Positions 44,979 through 51,915 of a DNA stretch of 54,025 nt are shown here, in pieces. How positions within the stretch are numbered: the stretch's first letter is position 1; every line of letters begins with the position of its first letter. Source of the stretch: a virus (Duplodnaviria > Caudoviricetes); IMG/VR virus record IMGVR_UViG_3300030049_000021, positions 1 through 54,025 of that record; one strand, 5' to 3'. Made by a program: the position numbers and the translations under genes. A model generated the notes under the pieces. That model did not search any database, was not told where the DNA came from, and worked only from the letters and a program-made list of their open reading frames with translations.

Positions 44979-45395
44979 ATGCACATCTCACGAAGATCGG
45001 TTTTAACTTCAGCTTTCCTGGCCTCTCTCGTCGCGCTTATTCCGCAATATTTCCGAAAGGCGTTCACACCTAAGCACCCAGAGATAACGCTTGCGTCGCT
45101 TGACCGCGAGTCCGACTTCGGTCCCGACGACATCCTCCAATCGATTGTCGTATCGAAGCACGACTCAGACGAAATGGTCGAGATTGCGACAGGAAGGCGC
45201 GGAGGACATGCATCGCGCAGAATCGTTGATCCAGCCACTAACAATTCCATACCTCCGACAGTGACAGGGTTCATGAGTTGGAGACATGGCACCCTTGCAA
45301 AGGTCATTGCAAGCGACGGCATTCAAAAGGGACACGTTCTCTTTGTCGTAAAAGGGAAGGATATTTACACGGTAGAAAAGGAAATCACTGTCTAA
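44979..45395 (+). CDS. Twin-arginine-signal protein paralogous to the capsid A-domain
   Basis: MHISRRSVLTSAFLASLVAL; the remainder aligns to the MCP segment encoded at 42452-42712. Confidence 0.75.
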   Translation: MHISRRSVLTSAFLASLVALIPQYFRKAFTPKHPEITLASLDRESDFGPDDILQSIVVSKHDSDEMVEIATGRRGGHASRRIVDPATNNSIPPTVTGFMSWRHGTLAKVIASDGIQKGHVLFVVKGKDIYTVEKEITV

Positions 45396-45836
45396 ATGTA
45401 CGATCAGCAAGCAGTCGATACTTGGGTTTACGGGCAACTTTCAGCCGACTCTACGCTGATAGCCATGCTTCCTTCCGGTGCGTCGAGCATCTATAACCAA
45501 AAGCCACCCGCTGGCGTTTTGCCGCCATACATCATTTTCAATGCGGTCCCGTCTCCTGATACAAAGACCAATGGTAACGTCCGCGTGATATCAACGTGGA
45601 ATGTGTCGGCGCAAATGGTTATAATTGATCCAGACACAGGAAAGCCCGTTGCGGACAGTGCGGCGGCTCTCATTGACCAAGACATGTTTACCGGTGGCGT
45701 TTCTCAAAATGGTTTTTGGATCATTTGTTCACGAACCAAGGCAATTAACCTTGCGCCGGACCAAAGGGACCGTCTGTACCGCTATGTCGGCGGGAACTAC
45801 AAGATTGATCTAAGGCCAATGTCTCAGCCGAGCTAG
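45396..45836 (+). CDS. Tail terminator (gp17/DUF3168-like)
   Basis: VY..L.AD..L..M......IY...PP.....PYIIF. Confidence 0.8.
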   Translation: MYDQQAVDTWVYGQLSADSTLIAMLPSGASSIYNQKPPAGVLPPYIIFNAVPSPDTKTNGNVRVISTWNVSAQMVIIDPDTGKPVADSAAALIDQDMFTGGVSQNGFWIICSRTKAINLAPDQRDRLYRYVGGNYKIDLRPMSQPS

Positions 45837-45850
45837 GAAACGAAAACGAA

Positions 45851-46303
45851 ATGGCAATCACTTATGAAGCCGCAGCTAGTCTGCTTGAGGATGTGGTCGG
45901 GACTGTTAGCTATACGGCTGGTACCGGCGATACGGGAGTTTTATCTACTTACGCAACGTCAATAATTGTCAACCTCGACAAGGTGACTATCAAACGCTCG
46001 ATGGACAATTCCGACCATAGCGGAGGACAGAATCCGGAAAAGATCATGCGTGGGACAAAGTTCGACACGCAGACAGACATTGACCTAAAGTTCTACGTTG
46101 ACGCCAATACGGCTGTTTTTTTGCCAGGTCTTCAGGTTAAGTTTGCCGCAGTCGTCACCATCGGAGAGCACAACGTCGCAGTAACGATTTTCGGAATCAT
46201 CACTGATATCGACAATGAATTCGCTGGTCCTTCAACAATGAAGATCAGCATCAAGCCTTATGCTGTTGGCGGAAACGCCTCATACACAGCGGTCTACACC
46301 TAA
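45851..46303 (+). CDS. Major tail tube protein
   Basis: 150 aa, beta-rich, between the terminator and chaperone genes; strong leader AGGAAACGAAAACGAAATG. Confidence 0.7.
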   Translation: MAITYEAAASLLEDVVGTVSYTAGTGDTGVLSTYATSIIVNLDKVTIKRSMDNSDHSGGQNPEKIMRGTKFDTQTDIDLKFYVDANTAVFLPGLQVKFAAVVTIGEHNVAVTIFGIITDIDNEFAGPSTMKISIKPYAVGGNASYTAVYT

Positions 46304-46308
46304 ACATC

Positions 46309-46749
46309 ATGGCAAGTCTCAGGTCGCAACTCGGAAAAAAACTATCCTACAAAACGGCTGTGGCCGAATACCAGGGAGAAACATATCAGTTCGGAGGGTT
46401 CCCTTCGAGTTCCATGGTTCTGGACCAAGGAATGCCTGACGCTAAGGCCGAAGGCATTTGCAAATTGTGGAATGTCCAATTCTGCCCTGAAGGTGCAGAC
46501 GGGCGGAAGATTAGCCCAGTTCCCGAGACATTTACGCCCGGGAACCTTCCTCAAATCAAAGCTGTTCTGCATTATCTAATCCAGGCAGAAGGCGAAGATC
46601 CGCTTCAGCTAACGGACATTGCCGACATCTTTTCGACTTCCCCGGGACTATTTGCAAATCTCTACGCAGCGGCGATGAATGTTATGACCGCATCCAATGT
46701 CGTGGAAGTGGCAGCGGGAAACTTGCCAGCCGAAGAGACTGCGACCTAG
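46309..46749 (+). CDS. Tail assembly chaperone (gpG-like)
   Basis: Position before the tape measure; slippery G GGA AAC at 46716-46722. Confidence 0.8.
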   Translation: MASLRSQLGKKLSYKTAVAEYQGETYQFGGFPSSSMVLDQGMPDAKAEGICKLWNVQFCPEGADGRKISPVPETFTPGNLPQIKAVLHYLIQAEGEDPLQLTDIADIFSTSPGLFANLYAAAMNVMTASNVVEVAAGNLPAEETAT

Positions 46750-46910
46750 AGGTATGGGTTGTTAAAACCACTGGCAAACCTACTTCAGTTCTTCGGCGTG
46801 AAGGTTGGACTTCCCAAGAAATAGCGGATGCGGTGGGAGCGGGGTATATATTTCAAGCGGAGTTCGAGCAACGCATGGTTGAAATAATAAAAAGGTTGGT
46901 GCCGAGATAA
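46716..46910 (+). CDS. -1 frameshift extension of the tail chaperone (gpGT-like)
   Basis: The -1 frame is open from the slippery site to TAA at 46908-46910 (LASRRDCDLEVWVVKTTGK...IIKRLVPR). Confidence 0.8.
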   Translation, partial: GKLASRRDCDLEVWVVKTTGKPTSVLRREGWTSQEIADAVGAGYIFQAEFEQRMVEIIKRLVPR

Positions 46911-48088
46911 CCCCTGATATCCTCGCGATCCTGATCACGGTTCGAGGTGCGCAGCTGGCTGTATCTGCCGTCAATGGCGTTACCGGTGCCTTAACGAGCG
47001 CGCAAGTTGCCGCTCGGGCGTTAATCCCAATTCTTCGCGCTTTGGCGGTTGCCGTCGTCTTTCTTGGCGCTTCGCTAAAGGCCGCTGGCGAGGACGAGTC
47101 GATGCGCCTTCAGCTTCAGGCGCTAACGCATGACGGCAGTATTGCGATGTCCCAGATACGGGCCATACGTGCTGAATCAGAACGCGGGTTGTTCGACAAG
47201 GAGGAACTTTTTCAAGCCAGAAAGATTTTTGATGAAACCGGCGCTTCGATCAAGGAACTTTTGCCGCTATCAGAAGAGTTGGCCCTGCGATCCAACAAGG
47301 GCCTTGATGCTACGTCTCGGATTTTTGCGTCACTAGAAGGCGGCGGTATCGCACGTCTTGGCGCCGTTCTTCGTTCTGCCGGTCTAACCGTCGATGCTTT
47401 GAGAGGCGCTGGACTTGATGTAACCAAGTCGTATCAGGTCAAGAGTTCCCCCCAGGAAACACTAAGGGTTCTCAAAGAGCTTCTAAGCAAAGATAGTCTT
47501 TCCGATGCGCTAGGCGGATCTCTGAACGCTAGTTCTAAGGGAGCAATCGCGGCATTAAAGGATCTGTTCAGAAGCATAGGTGACGGTCTTCTGCCGGTCA
47601 TCAAGCCCGCACTTTACTTGCTAACAGGACTGCTGAAGACCTTCACATATCTCAATGACATTACCCACGGATGGTTCGGGAACATCCTTCTTGCTGTGGG
47701 CGCGCTCAAGACGATCGGTGTTGTTCTGCCCATCATTGTCGATCTAGTCGACTGGTTTAAGGTTCTCGCATTCTGGGACGCGCTTTTGGTGGCGCTCAAT
47801 AACCCTTGGGCTGCAATCGCAAATGCCATTGGCGCAGTCGTAACTGCCATCAAGGCGCTTGCAAGCGCAGAAAAACTGGCTGCTGCATGGGCCGCAATCC
47901 TTGATGCGCTAGATGGAAACTGGGTCGCGCTTGGCGCGGGCGCTGCCGTAGCCGCTGCTGTAGGAATCGCTTGGCATTTTGGAAATGCTCAGGAGGGCGA
48001 GAAAGACGGTCCTGCCGCTGAGCGTCCACGTAGACGCTCCGACGTTGAGAATTTACTACAACGTCAACGGGCTAAGCAGTGGGCCTAG
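46907..48088 (+). CDS. Tape measure protein (short, about 393 aa, probable ATA start)
   Basis: Ala/Leu-rich helical protein after the chaperones. Frame open from 46883. PDILAILITVRG resembles a tape-measure N-terminus. The track start at 47042 is probably internal. Confidence 0.8.
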   Translation: MTPDILAILITVRGAQLAVSAVNGVTGALTSAQVAARALIPILRALAVAVVFLGASLKAAGEDESMRLQLQALTHDGSIAMSQIRAIRAESERGLFDKEELFQARKIFDETGASIKELLPLSEELALRSNKGLDATSRIFASLEGGGIARLGAVLRSAGLTVDALRGAGLDVTKSYQVKSSPQETLRVLKELLSKDSLSDALGGSLNASSKGAIAALKDLFRSIGDGLLPVIKPALYLLTGLLKTFTYLNDITHGWFGNILLAVGALKTIGVVLPIIVDLVDWFKVLAFWDALLVALNNPWAAIANAIGAVVTAIKALASAEKLAAAWAAILDALDGNWVALGAGAAVAAAVGIAWHFGNAQEGEKDGPAAERPRRRSDVENLLQRQRAKQWA

Positions 48089-48252
48089 AAACTAATGTAG
48101 GGCTCGCCGTAGTCGCCGTTTGTGAGCGCAAGAACAGTTGCGGTAATAATTGCAAGCGCAAGCAGAATAACCACGGTATCGTGGCTGAGACGCCGATGCA
48201 CGTGGTTTCTAGTCGGTATTGGTATCCTAAAGCCCGGTGGTAGCATACGCAT
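48085..48252 (-). CDS. Small antisense single-TM protein (55 aa, possible moron)
   Basis: MRMLPPGFRIPIPTRNHVHRRLSHDTVVILLALAIITATVLALTNGDYGEPYISF; fills the gap after the tape measure. Confidence 0.4.
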   Translation of the reverse strand: MRMLPPGFRIPIPTRNHVHRRLSHDTVVILLALAIITATVLALTNGDYGEPYISF

Positions 48253-48269
48253 CTAGGATATTTTAGCCC

Positions 48270-50885
48270 ATGCCAGATATTACGGTTCTTCTTAATTACC
48301 CTCGAAGTGAAAAGTATCATGCACCGTGGAGTGTCCTAAAGACAGCGCACGGGATGTCGTTCTCATATCCTCAGAACGGAGTGTTCTTCAATACCGACAC
48401 ACTTGCGCCTTTTCTTTGGCAAGAACCAAATAGCGGAATCATCATAATCAAGCCAACATTCTTGACAGCAAAGCGATTTGATCCAGCTTACGTTTCTAAG
48501 ACATGGTTGATTCCGACTAGCCTAAACTATGGTGGAACTGCCGCAGGCGGGAGACTTTTCACTTATTTTGGATCGACAGGCACCGACACCGCCGCGCAAT
48601 CCGAATATGTGATGTCCAGTCCTAAGCTTACGACCATTACAGACACACGCACTGGATTGGCTGTTGACGGCAACCTTCAGAACTTTATCAACCGCGCTAA
48701 CTACTCCGCTCAAAGTATGGTATGGAGCCTTCAAACGCAGGTCCAACTTGCCGCTAACCAGGCATGGTCATTTTTAATCGCTCCTAGCTCCATCCCTCCT
48801 GATTTCGCCGACACGTTCTTTATGATCGCGTTTGGAGGGAAATTCATCCTTGAGATCACCATGGCCGGAATTGCTTACATGTGGGGCGACGTTGACGGCA
48901 ACGGCACCTACGTTCACATTGACACCTACGTGATGAGAGACGGCGGCGTGAACATGAACCAAGCCTTTCAGGTGTCCGTCATCCCGCTTTCTAAGCGATT
49001 CCTTAGTGTTAGTTTCACGCAAGCGACGGCACCAGGAGTTCACGGCAGGGCCTCGACTTATGCCAGCAAACCCGACAGTTTCTTGACCGTACTTCGCGGA
49101 CAAGGCCCTCAGAATCCTGCCGACAACAACCTTGAGCCTCAGTGGGATGCAGGTCTGGCGCAATGGGTGAAATATCCAGCAGCGCCAATAACAATAGGAC
49201 TCGTCAGCAACGATTTTGACTATCATTTCGTCATCGCAACCGGATATTTCCCTGGGTCTGCGACGGCTTACATGGCCAAGGAATATCCGCCTGAAAAGGC
49301 GACGTGGAGCGGGATTAACTATACAATCTCGTCATGTTATTACAACCAATATGAAGCCGTAGGTGGCACACCGACCGCGATAGGTGTCATTCTGGTTGAC
49401 CAAAACGGGACGCCGTATGATCCTGCTTCGGGAAATGCGCTTGTATCCGAAATAAGTCTTTCCCCTTCTTATCCCCTCCAGATCTACACCCCTGAAATTC
49501 ACGCGTATGGCGTTAGCTACCCGCCATACGTTCAAACTCCGGACTGGACGCCTATTGATGTCTCGGAGGACTGGCAACTAATTCGATTCATCCTTTCGAC
49601 CGATCTAAATGCGCAACGCGTCGAGATGAAGTTGCTGCGAGACAATGACTGGCTAAATCTCATGAAAATGGCGGGGCCATGCCGCATTTCGGCACTCAAT
49701 AATAGCGGAGTATCCCAAGTGCTTTGCGACTTCTACGCAGAACGCCAGCAGCCGACCGTAGAGGGTTCAAATCAGCTTATCGTAGACCAGTTTGAAGGTC
49801 TTGACATGTGGGATCGACTGAATAACTCGCCGCTTCTCATCGAGACCGTACTTGAAGGCGACCAAGTGGCAGTTCAGATACAGCAGGCAATTATAGACGC
49901 TGGATTCCTTTCGTCTGAGGTGTTCATAGACTATGCCGCGAGCCCAGAACTAACGTCGATGACGTTCGGACTTTTAACCAATCCGAACGACATTTTGAGG
50001 CCGAATTCAGATACCTCGTGCGGTGACTTCATTCGTAATTGTGCCGAGAAAATAGGAGTCCAATTCTCTCCGCCGATTCGCGTTCGATGGGTTTCAAACG
50101 GGACCGGGGGAATGTGGTGGCGGATCTACCTTGGCCCGATTTACACCGTGAATACCGGCTACGCTCACGGCAATTGCCAGTTGCGATTCTTTCTCGACGA
50201 CTCGCTGGTTTCAACCGACACGTACGGTAGCGATCAGGCTAGGTGGCAAGCTGGCGACTTCATTGTAGTCGGAAATGATGAGTGGACAGTTACCAGACCG
50301 ATATTCAACGCGATCCTGGCGAGCGCGGCCAAGGGAGTGGACGGCAAAGAAGGGTCCGAAGTCCGCTACATACCCGCACCTGCCCGCGTGTTAAACGATC
50401 CGTCGTATATAGGATTCGAAGGAGGGGAGCGGATAAAGCAACTTGCGACCGAGGAGCTTCAGATTTCCCAGACAGCAAATTCAGTCGAGGTGATCGCGCG
50501 GCAATACTATGAGCAGAATTACAATCTGAAACGATTGCGGCACCGCGAATTTCCCGGCGAGTGGCAACCTGAAGTTGACGTTGATATGTTCGTTGCGATT
50601 ATCGGCGTTGCTCCTTTTGATAACTCGACAATGGGATACAGCGCGGGAGATCCGATCAGTTACGGCGCTTATCGAATTGAGCATATAGACACCGAGATAC
50701 GCCATGATTTCACCGTCGAGGGCTCCGCTTCGTCGCGTTGGGAGTGGGAGGGATCATACACTTTGACTTATGTCGGGCCGTACACTGATGCAGGTTTCAC
50801 AATTAACGGAACAGTAACGCCGCTCAAGATGTGGACGTCTGCGGCAAATCTGCCCGATGATTACGACTTGCCAGCGAACTGGTAG
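48270..50885 (+). CDS. Large tail-tip/baseplate hub protein
   Basis: 871 aa directly after the tape measure; C-terminal hub-like pattern (A...Y ... P.VD.D ... YRIE.I). Confidence 0.7.
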   Translation: MPDITVLLNYPRSEKYHAPWSVLKTAHGMSFSYPQNGVFFNTDTLAPFLWQEPNSGIIIIKPTFLTAKRFDPAYVSKTWLIPTSLNYGGTAAGGRLFTYFGSTGTDTAAQSEYVMSSPKLTTITDTRTGLAVDGNLQNFINRANYSAQSMVWSLQTQVQLAANQAWSFLIAPSSIPPDFADTFFMIAFGGKFILEITMAGIAYMWGDVDGNGTYVHIDTYVMRDGGVNMNQAFQVSVIPLSKRFLSVSFTQATAPGVHGRASTYASKPDSFLTVLRGQGPQNPADNNLEPQWDAGLAQWVKYPAAPITIGLVSNDFDYHFVIATGYFPGSATAYMAKEYPPEKATWSGINYTISSCYYNQYEAVGGTPTAIGVILVDQNGTPYDPASGNALVSEISLSPSYPLQIYTPEIHAYGVSYPPYVQTPDWTPIDVSEDWQLIRFILSTDLNAQRVEMKLLRDNDWLNLMKMAGPCRISALNNSGVSQVLCDFYAERQQPTVEGSNQLIVDQFEGLDMWDRLNNSPLLIETVLEGDQVAVQIQQAIIDAGFLSSEVFIDYAASPELTSMTFGLLTNPNDILRPNSDTSCGDFIRNCAEKIGVQFSPPIRVRWVSNGTGGMWWRIYLGPIYTVNTGYAHGNCQLRFFLDDSLVSTDTYGSDQARWQAGDFIVVGNDEWTVTRPIFNAILASAAKGVDGKEGSEVRYIPAPARVLNDPSYIGFEGGERIKQLATEELQISQTANSVEVIARQYYEQNYNLKRLRHREFPGEWQPEVDVDMFVAIIGVAPFDNSTMGYSAGDPISYGAYRIEHIDTEIRHDFTVEGSASSRWEWEGSYTLTYVGPYTDAGFTINGTVTPLKMWTSAANLPDDYDLPANW

Positions 50886-50958
50886 TTCTAACGGGTTCAG
50901 CCTAAACCGTGACGGGTTGTGATAATATCTGCCTACGTTCAAGCAAACGTTTGGAGTT

Positions 50959-51138
50959 ATGAGGGTCGGACTGGTGAGCCTGTTTAGGCGAAACGCGCCG
51001 GTCACGAATTGCGCCACAGTTGAGGCGCGGAGGGAGGCAGTCATCAGCGCGGGAATCATTGATCAGTTGACGGACTCGCCAAAAGAGCGGTTACTAAGAA
51101 TTAGCCTTGAGGTTAGCGATCCACGCAATGCATTCTAA
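50959..51138 (+). CDS. Small hypothetical protein (59 aa, not in the track)
   Basis: GGAG Shine-Dalgarno, upstream TGtGATAAT; shares SLFR.NA with the next ORF. Confidence 0.45.
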   Translation: MRVGLVSLFRRNAPVTNCATVEARREAVISAGIIDQLTDSPKERLLRISLEVSDPRNAF

Positions 51139-51156
51139 TTTAGCAAGGAAACAACA

Positions 51157-51321
51157 ATGATCAAAAAACTACTGAGTCTGTTTAGGGCAAACGCGACCGC
51201 GACCGTTATTGTTCACGAATCGTCGGATGAGGTGAAAATAGAGCGCAACGATGATGGCGCATTATCGGCGAAAGATATATCCACAATCCTCCTATCAAAG
51301 CGAGCCAAAGCATTTAAGTAA
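51157..51321 (+). CDS. Small hypothetical protein (54 aa, not in the track)
   Basis: AAGGA Shine-Dalgarno; stop abuts the ATG at 51322. Confidence 0.55.
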   Translation: MIKKLLSLFRANATATVIVHESSDEVKIERNDDGALSAKDISTILLSKRAKAFK

Positions 51322-51561
51322 ATGAGGTCTACCGATTTTGAATACGCAAAGCAGTCAGAAGGCAAGCTTCGGCATCACCAAAACGTAGCGGGCGAGAGAT
51401 CCCCGTACACCCGGGGGAAGGCGCTTGCACAACTGATAAACGTCGAACAACTTCCGAAGTCGACGTATCTGAATATGGCGTATACGACAGGCACAGCACA
51501 GCCAGTTTTTTTCTTCGTTGCGGGATATTCCCGGGTTGATGGCCCTGACGTGGTGCGCTAA
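51322..51561 (+). CDS. Small tail protein, or exon 1 of the following large tail gene
   Basis: 79 aa ending FFFVAGYSRVDGPDVVR, a phage tail motif; its TAA coincides with the proposed 5' splice site. Confidence 0.7.
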   Translation: MRSTDFEYAKQSEGKLRHHQNVAGERSPYTRGKALAQLINVEQLPKSTYLNMAYTTGTAQPVFFFVAGYSRVDGPDVVR

Positions 51562-51915
51562 TCAAATCACGGGCGGTGCGGGTCCATTTTTAATTGTTTA
51601 ACGTGAAACAATTGCCGGTTGCAGGCGAGCGACCGGCTTGGCCGGGTCAGTGTCTCCGTGACGTGGATCATGCGATTCTCGGCGCAACGCGCTCCGAAAC
51701 GTTTGCCCTCACGAATCGACTCCGGTCGATTGTGAACTATAGCCCTTCATAAACAATATTATCGGAGCCCTGGTTCGTGGGTTCAGATAATATTTATTAT
51801 GACAGGGCGAACTTGTCATTGCCGAGGCCCACCAAACCGGTTGCCGCGAACCGGCTCCTGGTAAGGTACAAACAACTTGGAACGAAGCGACAAGTATGGC
51901 GACATGAGGCATAAG
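51560..51915 (+). ncRNA. Highly structured RNA insert, candidate atypical group I intron
   Basis: At least 7 hairpins, with G-U pairs favouring the + strand. P1-like tgcgct/ggtgcg with terminal U-G. P7-like gtttg/caaac with AAGGUA before the 3' strand. Ends in G; excision restores the frame. Confidence 0.5.

Noticed and set aside
51571-51834. tmRNA or tRNA-like element (GGGC...GCCCACCA)
   Set aside because: Only 4 acceptor pairs, no G3-U70 pair and no TTCRA loop
51553-51915. Group II intron (GTGCG at 51553 and 51576)
   Set aside because: Too short, with no recognisable domain V/VI and no reverse transcriptase ORF
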